A stretch of DNA of 64,000 bases. Origin: Amphiscolops sp. MND2022. Its lineage: Eukaryota. This document shows positions 52,448 through 64,000 of the stretch, piece by piece. Numbering within the stretch: the stretch's first letter is position 1; the number at the start of each line of letters is the position of its first letter. A program made the translations under genes and the position numbers. The notes under the pieces were generated by a model. It ran no database searches. It had not been told where the DNA came from and saw only the letters and a list, made by a program, of their open reading frames with translations. The stretch spans positions 38,132,001 to 38,196,000 of the forward strand of contig OZ076409.1 of the NCBI GenBank assembly GCA_964187785.1, in the 5' to 3' direction.

Positions 52448-53341
52448 ACAAATCAAAGCTGTGTTTCAGTTTCTTATTATAATAAACTGGAACACAGCGT
52501 TGATTTGTAATAAGCAGTTTGAAGACAATCCAAAAGCAATAGGTCATACGTTTTTAGCCTAAAACTAGTTTTTAAAAGTTCTCAAGCATTTTAGTGGCAA
52601 GACTAATTAGCTGAATGATTCGAACATTATATTCGCGCTAGCTTCATCTTTGACGTTGAATGGCTAATGCGTTTGCTCTAATGGAAATTGCTGATTCACC
52701 ACTTAGAGCAAATCAGTCGTTTTTAATGACAGTTGATGATTCATCTATCTTTACGTAGGAAACAAAGAGAGCCATAATATTTTATCTTGACAGCCTAAAT
52801 TAATGCCTTCCGTTTGCACAAGAGTGGAACAGATATTTCGAGAGTTGAAATTATCATTTCACAAAAAAAACACTGAAAGGTTTCAAAGCCCTCGAGAGGA
52901 GTTTCCTGAAAACCCAAACCGAACAATTACCACCATTTACTGCAGTAATACGGCTGCTGAAACAGGCTCAAAGAACGACGGAGACATGAATTTTAAAAAT
53001 AGTTCCGGATTTCTTAGTGTTCCCTGTGTAACTTTCCGAGAGTGGCTTTGGACGTTTGAGACCATTTTCCCCGTCTCTGGAATTGACAGGAGTGATAAGT
53101 TACAAGTTTTCGAAAGTCCTTGAAATGAGCGTTCATTTGGTACATTCGCATTTCTCAGTCTTAAACAGGTGAGGAATTATTAGGATTCTCGTCAGAATTT
53201 CGGAAGTCAGAATACGTTATCGTTATTTTTTGCACATTTTTGCATGCAAAATTGTTTCAGCAGGTTGAAGCACTTCGATTGTGAAAACGACTAGAAATAG
53301 TCGTTGTTGGGTGAAATAAGCCTTTAGATTGAGTCTCGACC

Positions 53342-53455
53342 GATTATACCGAAGGTATAGTGTTTTTTACAATTTTAGAGTTTTGTCTATCGTGACAATT
53401 GTCACGATAGACAAAACTCTAAAATTGTAAAAAACACTATACCTTCGGTATAATC
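53342..53455. repeat. 114-bp perfect palindrome
   Basis: 57-bp arms with no spacer, centred on ACAA|TTGT (53398/53399). Confidence 0.92.
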
Positions 53456-53719
53456 TTAAGATACGATCTTGGAATAATGTATTATCTTAGTAAGATCTTA
53501 TTAAGAATCTTGTCATGAGTTCCATGGTCGCCAAGATGTAGTAAGAATTTGGTAGGATCTTGCCAAGACAGCCAAGATGCTAGTAAGAGGGTCAACCCGG
53601 GGAGTTATCAACGGATGATCGGCCAATTAGTACAAATGGACTGTCCTTGTCAACAATCTGGGCAAAGTTTTTAAACATTTTTCAATGAAATTTTTTCTAT
53701 CCTCATTTCATGTGTGTAT

Positions 53720-53934
53720 ACTTAAAAAACAATACACACTAGAAAATAGGAAGCATTGAGAAGTTAAAATCCAAGAACCCGGTTCTTGGAATTTCACTTC
53801 TTAATGCTTCCTATTTTCTAGTGTATATTGTTTTTAAGTGAAAAAAAAACTGAAAGATTTAAAATGTGAAAGAAGTTAGTGCACTGGGCCAGGTCTTTGT
53901 GCACTAACTTTTTTTACATTTTGAATCTTTCAGT
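53720..53934. repeat. Two adjacent imperfect palindromes (53720-53839 and 53849-53934)
   Basis: ACACTAGAAAATAGGAAGCATT...AATGCTTCCTATTTTCTAGTGT and ACTGAAAGATT...GTTAGTGCAC/GTGCACTAAC...AATCTTTCAGT. Confidence 0.85.
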
Positions 53935-56725
53935 GAATATGAATATCCTTCGAGTTCATCATTAATTTAACGCTCAACTCGACTCGCAGAATGCAACTCA
54001 AGATGCAGAATGTTTTGAACATTTTTCAATTTGGTAAAATTTTGAATGTTTCCGTAAACATGAATGTCCTTCGGACTGTTGCAGGGCTCGCGGTAAAACT
54101 CGTAAAATCGATCAATAATAAGAGGAATCCAAATGTGTCAACAGCTCGTCCTTTGGAAAACACCAGTCGACTAGTAAGTCACCGTGTTCTTTCCTTGTGA
54201 GGTCTTTTTTTTTATGTCTGACTGCTCTCCGTCTTTCGTTGTGCTTCTAGAAGTTCTAGAAGATAATTTCCCCATGACATCGGAGTGGTCGACAAACCAG
54301 GGCAACCCACCGGTGGCCACCGCACTTCCCATCGCAGCCCCACCGGTGGCCATGACACATTTTGTGGTGGCCAGGGGTCGCACACCGGTGGCCACCGGTG
54401 GGAAAAAATTTCATGTTGTATACAAAATATTGCAAAAATCGTGACGCGAACCTGTATTAATTTTGTTGACACTCCAGCATTTACCTCTGCGCGTTAAGCA
54501 ATGGTGGGCTTAAAGCTGTGGTTTCAAAGTGACTTGCTCAAAGTCACAAAGGTTTGACTGCTCACCGTTGCTCTTTTTTGTTTTTTCTTGGATTTCTCCG
54601 CCAAATGCGTTATTTATAAGAGTCGGAAAAAATTTTCGACTACTTATCCAATCGTGTCGTTTTTTTCCTCCCGACTTTTTCATGAAAATTTCAAATTTCT
54701 CAAAAACTGTCGATACGATTTTCATAAAATTTTGCATAGTTATTCTACACCCAAAGGGGCCCCTGCGTGCGGCGTCAAAATTGTATGACTGGAATGTGAG
54801 AAACATAGCCAAAATTAGCCCAAAAATGGCCAAAAATAGCCCAAAAACAGCCGTTTTTCGACTTCTTTTGATTTCGCAAAAACTGTTCATACGATTCGAA
54901 CGGAATTGTGTACAGTCCTTCTACACTATATTATGGTCCTTTGTGTCATTTTTCAATTTTTTTCGATTTTCTCAAAACTGTCCATACAATTCGAACGAAA
55001 ATTTCTACAGTCATTTTCTACACCATAGTATGGTCTATGTGTGCAATTTCAATAAATCCGTATAACTGGGATTGGAGCGAGTCAGAAGGAAAGAACCTAA
55101 ACCCATATGCGGCTCTGGTTTGTCAATGACCATACCACTAACCTAGGGATGAAGGTCTTGCTTAAGGACCAACAATGGTGAGTTAAGAGAGATTCGAACC
55201 TGATACCGCCCCAGTACAGCCCGAATATGTCTAGCACGAACCATTTTCAATGTCTCGTTTTCCAATTGTTTTTTGCTCCAGTATACCGGTTTATCAATTA
55301 AATGCTGTATTTTTAGTCGGGTTTTTCTTTACAAAAAGCGACTAGATTCATCGACTACTCCCCTATTGATTTTCAGCGGAAACAAAGCGTTTTGCGAGCA
55401 GAGATGGTCACTTTTAGGTTTTTCCACACTTAACGAAGTGACTTAAGGAAGTGAAACAAATTTTTGTAAGAAAATTTCGACAATTTTTGTACAACATTTT
55501 TTTTCGTGTTTTGTGGTTTTTTGTAAAAGAAACGTCTTTTCTGAGTCTTGAGGGTGACCTCTTTCTCACTTTTTGATCCTGCCTAACTGATGAGTGTTCC
55601 TAATGAATGTGGAAAAGACTTTTTTTCAGCTTTTTTTCAGTTGTGTGCGTCTTTTTTTCCGAAACTTTCATTTAATCAAAAGCTACCCCCTCGCTTTCAT
55701 AACTGATTTCGACTTGGGGAAATGTAGGTTTGCGAGTTCAAAGTTCCATTTCGGCACTAAGAGACTTTCCGAAAAAAACATTTTGAAAAATTGTTTTCGA
55801 AAAACGGGGTTTTTGTTTTTCCAGGTGAAGAAAATGTGCTTCCCGAGTCTTATGCGTATCCCTTGGGGTGTTTATAGGCCGTGCGAAATTGATGAAAGTT
55901 TATAAATTATGTCCTTTGAATATTTAAAAAACTTGGACTTTTGAAACGCGATCTGAATGATTTATGCTGGGCTCTTTGACCTTCCTTTCTGTTGCTCTTC
56001 ACTGACGCGTCCGAGGATTCTCTAGCGGAAGACATTCATGTTTTATCTTTGGGCTGCTGGTTGTCGGTATTATCGTGCCTAATTGTTCGCCCTTCAGGTG
56101 AGTCCTCACCATGCTAGGTAATTTGTTCAGATCTTTGGACAGTTCCTACTTTGTTGGTAGCTGTGATTCGATTATGAAGCGGTCCACTTTCTTCGCCTAC
56201 GCAAAACTCCAGACTCGGATTTCTGACAGTTTATCGGACACTTCATTTGTCACCTTTTCAATATTCGTTCGGGTCTCTGGAGTCGACGGCTATCTTTATC
56301 GACTTGTCCCTCTCCACCGTTCTCCAACATTATGAAAAAATCAGTAGCTTCTTCTACATATCCGGAGTCTATTTGACATTTCAATTCGATTCCGCGTCCC
56401 GTACATGTACAGGTGTTGGTCTTGTTTTTCATTGTAAATGCTTTGCATCCAGTTTCAGGTTCATCTCTACCTCTACGCCTTTGAACGAATGATTTGTTTC
56501 GATTGTTTTTTAGTTTCTTCTCTAGTTTTGTTTTCCGTTCGGCTTCCGTATGGTTTTCCATTTGGTTTGTGTTTTTAAAAGCCTCGCTCATTTTCCTACT
56601 ACCATTTCGATTTGTGTAGAAGAAAATTGGAATGATCTTACTTTAAATGGGGGTCGAAACTCTTGACGTTGATGAATCACTTTATTCAATTTTGACAACA
56701 ATAATAATGGCACGTGACAAATTAT

Positions 56726-58282
56726 TCAACGATTTCCATTACACTCCAGGGGACATAACTGGTGGGCACCCTTGACAGTTTCGCCAGTTTTCGTTTTGAG
56801 TTTACATTTTCGAACAATGTTGTCCGACCCTGGGTAAACTTCTGTCACCAGACCCAAGGGCCATAGTCCTCTGGGCGAGTTGTTTTCAAGAATCCACACC
56901 ACTTGACCTTTTATGATTGGATCTTTGGTCGTATGCCACTTTGATTGGGGCCTCAGTGTCGGCAAGTACTCTTTCATGAGTCTTGTCCAGAATTGATTGG
57001 CATTTGACTCGCACTGTCTATTTAGTTGAATGAGTCTATAGGTGTGTTTGTTCGCTTCTAAGGTTGTCGTTGGGAAGTTGCTGCATCGTGGGATGATGAA
57101 ATGGTTGGGTGTGAGGCATTCTATGTCGTTGCTATCTGCTGAAGCTTTTGTCAGAGGTCTGCTATTCATAATTCCTTGGCAAAAGAAGGTATTGAATGTC
57201 TGTTGGGTCCGATTTTGGGTTCCAGACATTGAGTAGAGGATTCTCTTCGCTATTCTGATTAGACGTTCCCAAGCTCCTCCTTGATGCGGCGTTCCAGGGG
57301 GTATAACTTTCAAGTCAATTTGTTGGGTTCCTAGGTTTTCTTCTATCTTTCCCAGGTCCAAGGATTTGGCTGCTGCGTGGAATGTACTCGCGTTGTCAGA
57401 TGTTAAGCTTGTTGGTTTTCATCGTCGGCTTGTGAATCGTCTGATCGCTAGTTAGCATGAGTCCGTTGTCAGGTCTTCAACAACTTCGAAGTGTACTGCT
57501 CTTGTTTTGAAACAGGTGAAAATGCAGACGTATTGGCTGGTGCGTTGATTTCTTTGATATACAGGAAAGGGTCCAAAGTAGTCCAATTCAATGTCTTCGA
57601 AAGCTGCAGGTGTTTCCGCGAATCTAAATTCCGGCAGGTTACCCATTTTGAGTTGACTAGGTAGTTGTCGTTGGCGTTTGCAGATGAAACAATTCTAGAT
57701 TATTTGTTTGAGTGTGGTTGTCAAATGGGTCATCCAGTGTTCTTGTTGAAGTATTACTCTCATGTGTTCTAGTCCAACAAGTCCTTCATCTTCGTGTATA
57801 TGCTGTATGTAGAGTCGTATGATGTAATTTTTGGCATCCACAATTTGAGGGTTTTTTATTCGAGAGTTGATTGGGGTTTTTTGAAGTCGGCTGAGTGATC
57901 GAAGTGTTCCTTGTTGACCGAGATATGGGTTGAAGTTGACAATCTTGCTGCGTGCTTTAACGGCTTGTGTTCATTGGATGTCCTTGATGTCTTCTGGAAA
58001 GCTTTCATTTTGTGTGACTCTGAAAAGAATGTCTTTACTCCGTTGATAACGTTCTTTTACTGTGGATAGTCGTCGTTTCGCAAGATCCATTGTCTTCCCA
58101 ATATAGAAGGTAGTTCGAAGCAGTCTTTTCCACGATGTGAATCGTTTGTAGTCCACGAAGGTATGCGGTGTATTGCAGATTAGGCTGTAGGTTTGTATGT
58201 CCTCCGTTTTTGATGTCGGCATATTCTCTAGGGTGCTGGGTGTGGTTTTTTCGATAGTTCGAGGCCATAAATGTGAAGGCAA
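56726..58282 (-). pseudogene. Decayed BEL/Pao pol 3' region (post-RNase H and integrase, DUF5641-type tail)
   Basis: Fragments RFTSWKRLLRT, MGNLPEFRF...LDYFGPF...YVCIFTCFKTRAVHFEVVEDLTTDS, PHQGGAWERLIR, NSRPLT..LTPNHF and FW....EYLPTL...KW...WPLG.V...YPG.D..VR, broken by stops and frameshifts. Confidence 0.9.
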
Positions 58283-58746
58283 CTTGAGAAACGACGACTA
58301 TCCACAGTAAAAGAACGTTATCAACGGAGTAAAGACATTCTTTTCAGAGGCACACAAAATGAACGCTTTCCAGAAGACATCAAGGACATCCAAAGAACAC
58401 AAGCCGTTAAAGCACGCAGCAAGATTGTCAACTTCAACCCATATCTCGATCAACAAGGAACACTTCGATCACTCTGCCGACTTCAAAAAGCCTCAATCAA
58501 CTCTCCAATAAAAAACCCTCAAATTGTGGATGCCAAACATTACATCATACGACTCTACATACAGCATATACACGAAAATGAACGACATGTTGGACTAGAA
58601 CACATGAGAGTAATACTTCAACAAGAACACTGGATGACCCATTTGACAACCACACTCAAACAAATAATCCACAACTGTTTCATCTGCAAACGCCAACGAC
58701 AACTACCTAGTCAACCCAAAATGGGTAACCTGCCGGAATTTAGATT
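58283..58746 (+). repeat. Inverted duplicate of 57621-58084 (integrase zinc-finger region)
   Basis: About 464-bp reverse-complement copy; ORF 58526-58816 re-encodes H...H..C..C and MGNLPEFRF on the + strand. Confidence 0.88.
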
Positions 58747-60166
58747 TTCCTACTATTTAGACTCGCTCATTTTCCTACTACCATTTCGATTTGTTCCGAA
58801 CTGCATACTTTTGTAAAGTGTCTTTTTCAGTTACGCTAAAAGGTACTTTTGTCTTTCCCAGTTCTTGTTCCCACAGGGATTGCAGTCTGGTACCTGCGTT
58901 TGTGGATTCAATGTTTGTAGCTTTCCATCCAGGTCCTGCTCTAGCTGATGTATAGGTTCTTTTTTATATTCAGTTCGGATGTTTCCGTTCATGTTTATGC
59001 TGGTATGTGTCTTCTTGTATTATTTCGATGAAGGATTCGATTGGTTGGTCGGATTTTCTCCTTTTTCGTTGAGGTGTTTTCCTATGATTATCAATGGAAA
59101 ATTTGCAGTAATGAGTTGCTCTGCAGTTAATGCTTGGATGTCACATTTGGATGTCGAGGAATCGGTCGGTACCAAGTTTCTCCCAGCTCTATGTTTTCTT
59201 TCGGTTGTGCTTCAAAAAACTGTTCCGTTGTGTTATCTGTTTTTGTCCAACATGAATCGTTTTTCGAATCATTCAATAAGTCTGGTTCTTATCATTGATG
59301 ATATGAGTTAATTTCAGTATCCTTCTCATGGCGTCTATTGTCTTTTGCCCATTCTCCAGATCAGCATTTTCTTCAGCTTCGTTTGTTGTGCGTTGTCGAG
59401 TGTCTGTGTTTTTGCAAGAAAAAAGTTTATCATGCACCAATAATCCCCATCTGCGGTCTGTCTACAGGTGTCTAATTGTAACTTAAACAGTTGGATATAT
59501 CTCAAAATATATATCTCGAATATATTCGCATCACTGAAGAACGGCATAGCCATTGATGTTCTTTGTTTCTATACTTTGGCCATTGTCTTGTGTTTAGGAT
59601 AAGTGTTTTCGTGACTGCGCCACGTTGTATTGTTCCATTCCTTTTAACCCGGATTATGATGTAAGTACGCTGAGATAAAATAGTCAACGCACTCCAACTG
59701 TTTAAGTTACAATTCATATTTACACTAGGCTCAATACTATATCTAATGATAGCCCCTGTTGATCGATCATCTCCACGCAGTGAATAGTTGTTAACAGTAC
59801 AAGTCTCAAGGACGGTTAACGTTCATGAAAATTTGAGCTCCGTAACTCAGAGGCGCTTTGCTCTAGGATGCTTATGACTGCACAAAATGTTGGCTTTTGA
59901 CGAGTCTGGGGCGTTTTTGTATGAATATCACCTTGCCTGAACTCGAGGCAGGAATGACATTCAATTTGTTCAAAGACTAAATGCAGAGAAGATCCACAAT
60001 AAAGACAGACTTTCAAAAAAACATTCCTTAAAAGATGCTTTTTCTGATAAGCTGACATGATCTATACAAAAGCTGCAAGTGCCTAAATTTCCATCAGCCA
60101 TTTTGGAAACTGCTATTTTTCCTTATGATTAAACGGGATGTTTTTATGTCGCTAATGTGTTTTCAG

Positions 60167-60441
60167 ATTCCTTCAAAAAAATCAGAAAATAATCAGAACA
60201 ACGGGGTCACAAAGTACCAGGTGTATGACATAGACGGGACAGGTGCAGGCAGTGTACCCAGCAGTTTAAATTTGAACGGGAGTATCATTTCCAACTCTCG
60301 GGCCATCATGGCTGCCAGCGCCCGAAGACGCGAGTCCAGTCGCAACGAGAGGTTCTACGAGGAACAAGAATACGAGTTGAAAGTTGCCAAAAGAAGAGCA
60401 CGATTGATTGTCGCTGCAGAAGAAGCATTCTACCATATAAG
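60167..60441 (+). CDS. vangl: Vangl exon (coiled-coil region); the gene continues downstream
   Basis: Acceptor TTTTCAG, donor GTAATA. Contains YQVYDIDG...[49 protein letters not shown], the Vangl signature. Phase 0 join to the 44146 donor across an intron of about 16.0 kb. Confidence 0.95.
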
Positions 60442-60833
60442 GTAATAATGCTTCGTAGCATTCTACTGCCTACCAGATTAGGAAAACAGGCCCATCACGG
60501 CGAAAGTCGGCACTTTCTTCAAGGTCTAAAACAATGAAAATCAATAAATGTTGTCGATAGCTGCTTTGAAAAACAATTTGAAAAAATATGGAAGTGTAAA
60601 GAAAACACAAAAAGTACCCTTAAATCTCATGATACTCAAAATATTCCCAATTGGAAACTTTTGAATTCGAAAAACGGTTTTTCCTACCTGAAAACATCAA
60701 GAAAATCGGAACAGGGTTTCTTTCGGTGTTACAAAAAATTTCCGAAAGAAAGTAACCCAGTGCCAAAACACAACGAGGGACCCTTTGATCTCACATATTA
60801 TTGTACATCACGAAAAAAAAACAGGAACATCTA

Positions 60834-62051
60834 CAGTAGTGATAATATTAAAAGCAACATAACGAATCTAGTTTGCAAATCTCAAGATCTAGCCGTCGGA
60901 ATGTCCTCGGGTTTTGTATGTTTTGTAGAGAAATTCTGGCTCTTGAAGTGGATAGTAAATTTAGCGTCACAATTTTGATTGGGATGCCAAAAATTAGTCT
61001 GCAAAAGCGACGCCAGGTTATTAACCTGTACAAACAAAAAAGGAATATTTGACGAATTTCCAAAGAGTTATTAATAATTTCATCGACAGTTCTTCGCATC
61101 ATCAAGAAGAACGAAGCTTCTGGAACCGTAGAAGACAGGAAAAGACCGGGTGGAAACCGCAGAATAAACGAAAAAATGAAAACAAAATTGTCGTCAGGAC
61201 AGCGAAAAAAGATCCATTCCTTAACTTTACCGAAATAAAAAATAAGAGCTCTCCTTCGAAATTTCCGCGTCTTATTTCTGACGAATCTTAGCCAGCCGTG
61301 GTCTGAAAGCCAGAATATGTCCGAAGAAATCTCTTATATCCGATGTAAACCGGCAAAAAAGGCTGACTTGGTGTCGGGAAAAATTGAGAGGTATTCCGTG
61401 GAAAAACGTAAATTTTCCGGACGAAACATGGATAGAAATGCGACCGACAAGAATAATTTTTGTACGACGCCCCAGAAACAAGCGATTCAATCGAAAATAC
61501 GTCCTGAAACATCGTCTAATTCCATCAAAAAAGCTAATGCTTTGGGGGTGCATTCGATCGAACGGAGAAAAAATTAGTTCCAAAGTTGATGCCAGCTGTT
61601 ATATACAAATTCTGAAAAATCATGCCCTAAACTTCTTGGATTTGCATGAAATTTTCCAACAAGACAACGCCCCGGCCCACAGTGCCAAAAAAACACGAAT
61701 GTTTTTCGAAAATGCCCTCGTATGTCTAGAAAATTGGCCGCCTCAGTCACCAGATCTGAATATCATTGAAATTTTGTGGTCAGTTCTGAAGAAGGCAATC
61801 TCCCGGAGAAATCCCCGAAATCTTGATGAACTCTTGTCTTTTTCTCAAGAAGAATTCGCCAAAACACCAAAAGAGTATGTGCAAAAACTTTATGACTCAG
61901 TTCCCAGCCGAATTACTCTCGTCTTACAAAACAATGGATATGCCACAAAATTTTGAAATGTAAGCAATGTATCTCGTTCTTGTTTTGAGTATTTGCATTT
62001 TGAAAAATTCAAAGTCTTCCCACTATGTTGCTTTCAATAATATCACTACTG
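60834..62051 (+). mobile_element. Tc1/mariner (DD34E) DNA transposon, decayed
   Basis: 28-bp terminal inverted repeats CAGTAGTGATA(A/T)TATT(A/G)AAAGCAACATA at 60834-60861 and 62024-62051 (2 mismatches). TA on the left and TG on the right, consistent with a mutated TA duplication. Confidence 0.92.
60984..61956 (+). pseudogene. Tc1 transposase, frameshifted N-terminus and readable catalytic domain
   Basis: FPDE, WGCI, FQQDNAPAH and WPPQSPDLNIIE, with 34 residues between the second D and the E. The N-terminal part from ATG 60984 is split across frames. Confidence 0.88.
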
Positions 62052-62407
62052 TGCAGTCGGCGCCCGCTTGAGGCTTAAAAGCGTGAAGTCTTTCAAATAT
62101 GCTGAACAGCTGCTTTTAGAAAAATTTTGAAATTTGGAAAAAAAATTTGAAAAATTTTGTTTAGGAGTGAAAAAAAATTTCCTGATTTAAAATGTCTTAC
62201 ATGCCTTCGGTGAGATGGAAAACGTCGCACAGTGCCGAAAGATCCAACAGGGTACCCTTTGCTCTTTTACTTTCGCTTTTACTTTTTCAAGCTGCTTTTG
62301 ATCAACATTATTGTTCTATTGTGTTTATTGTAGTTTTTTCTTGTTTTTGAGTTTCACCTACATCTGCTCTGGAATTTTTGGCACAGTTTTAACACCCCTG
62401 ATAAATA

Positions 62408-63279
62408 CCCAGGTTTTCGACCTTTGCGAATCTGTGCAGATCTGCAGGATTTTTGCAGATCTTTGCAGATATGTGCAGATCTGCAGGATTTTTGCAGATC
62501 TTTGCAGATATGTGCAGATTCGAAGAAAAATGACCTTATCAGAAACACACTAAAAACCAAACAGCTATGTCAAACGAATAATAAAAATGTTTAAAACTCG
62601 AGCGAAGTCTCATCTATGTCAAAATGATGAAACATTTTTCTGCAGCAATCTGTACAGATCTGTAGAGTTTTGCACATCTTTACAGATCTTTACAGATCCA
62701 AACAAAGACCAATAAATTACTATAACGTATTCCGAGTTACCAGAACTTATTAAAATTACTCCAACAAACCATGTTCCCGAGATATTACAACAACAACACT
62801 TTATCAACACATCTACCAACCCAGAAGGTTGCCACATGTCAAATATCATCCGTCAAAACGAAGTCAATGAGGCAAACGAGCTTCTCAAAGTTCAACAACC
62901 ACATCTGCAAAGTTCAAGTGAAATGGATAAATTACGGTGTATAACCAATACGGCTCATTCTCCAGTCACCATAACTACCGTGATGGGGGCAATCTTTTTT
63001 TCTCGAGAATTTTGAGTGATCGAGAGTATCAACTGACTGAGCCTTGGTCAGCTAAAGTAGTTGATGAAGTAGTTAAAGAAGACCAAAAATGCAGTCATTG
63101 ATTCCTTAGAAGCTGCAGAAAAACATATTTCTGCAAAAATCTTTAGAGAAAATCTGCACACTTCTGTAAAGATCTTGCAGATCTGTATGGATCTGCACGA
63201 TTCAGTGCAACGATCTTTGCAGAACCCTGCAGAAAAATCCTGCAGATCTGCACAGATTCGCAAAGATCGAAAACCTGGG
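62408..63279. mobile_element. MITE-like element with about 50-bp inverted ends and GCAGAT subterminal repeats
   Basis: TA|CCCAGGTTTTCGACCTTTGCGAATCTGTGCAGATCTGCAGGATTTT ... AAAATCCTGCAGATCTGCACAGATTCGCAAAGATCGAAAACCTGGG|TA. No transposase ORF. Confidence 0.8.
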
Positions 63280-64000
63280 TAACTGAAGCTACGTAATACA
63301 TTTTAAAACAATATAGAGTTTCAAATATCGGCCTCAAAATGTGAAAATGCTCTTCATGAATTATGATAGCAAATTAAATTTCTGCAAGGAACGTTGTAAT
63401 TATTATTTAATTTACAAAGTTGCTGTTACAAAAACTGAACACTGGCTTCTAGGCAATCTCTAGAATCAACAGAATCTGACAGTTTGAGGCAAGTTTTTTT
63501 CAAAAACTCGACTAAAAGCAGAAACTATTTTTTGGGTCATTTTTCGCCTGTATTTTACTCAATGCACTGATCAAAAATGGAAATGACAGCAGATAAAAGA
63601 TTTCAATGAGCTTGAAGAAGACAATAGTTAAAACTGCTTGAACCTTTTACAAGTTTTTACAAGTTACCAAGCTAAAATTTCATGCATCTCAATTTCACTG
63701 ATTCAATTGATTTTTATCAAGCTGTCTGGTACATATGTCTTCAATTTGGCGGCAATTTCGAGCCGCGAAGTTTTGCAGGCTTCATTAAAAAGCCCTTCTA
63801 ATTTCTAAGACAGCTCGGACTTCATCCATTTTAATGCAATTCAACTTCAGTCAAGTTTTAAGTTTCACAGTAGTGTCGTCTTCATCGTGCAACTTGACTA
63901 AAGATTATCTTGACTTATAACGCAAGTTGAGCACAAACAGTACACGCTATATTGTCACACAAGTTCCCGAAAACTTCCATTTTTAGTCGGCGCTTTTCTA

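Noticed and set aside
54510..55905. ORFs of 100-180 aa on both strands
   Set aside because: Low-complexity F/K-rich translations typical of AT-rich interspersed repeats, with no domain.
55940..56700. Possible LTR of the second BEL remnant
   Set aside because: It lies downstream of the integrase stop and ends in ...ACAACA, but no second copy, polypurine tract or target duplication could be identified in the window.

Overview
Animal (invertebrate-type) genomic DNA with two very different halves. Bases 1-41078 are a head-to-tail array of 31 complete non-coding cassettes plus one partial cassette. They fall into 8 sequence types: seven of about 1.27-1.29 kb and one of about 1.97 kb. The types are shuffled in mixed order, yet every joint is exactly CAC|CTAG, and the last cassette meets host DNA at CAC|CAAG. 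All cassettes share terminal motifs, including a GGGCATGCC-TC-GGCATGCCC hairpin that is also a 19/20 match to the p53-family site, and they carry short hypervariable windows near both ends. I infer a site-specific landing-pad array of non-autonomous mobile cassettes (rolling-circle/HUH-like or recombinase-driven) rather than an ordinary satellite. No mobilising enzyme is encoded in the window. Bases 41079-64000 contain five + strand exons of a Van Gogh-like/Strabismus (Vangl) gene. Its introns carry an internally deleted BEL/Pao LTR retrotransposon (546-bp LTRs, TGTAC target-site duplication, tRNA-Trp primer site), a rearranged BEL/Pao integrase remnant, a cluster of palindromes, a decayed DD34E Tc1 element and MITE-like repeats. 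All coordinates and alignments were read by eye.
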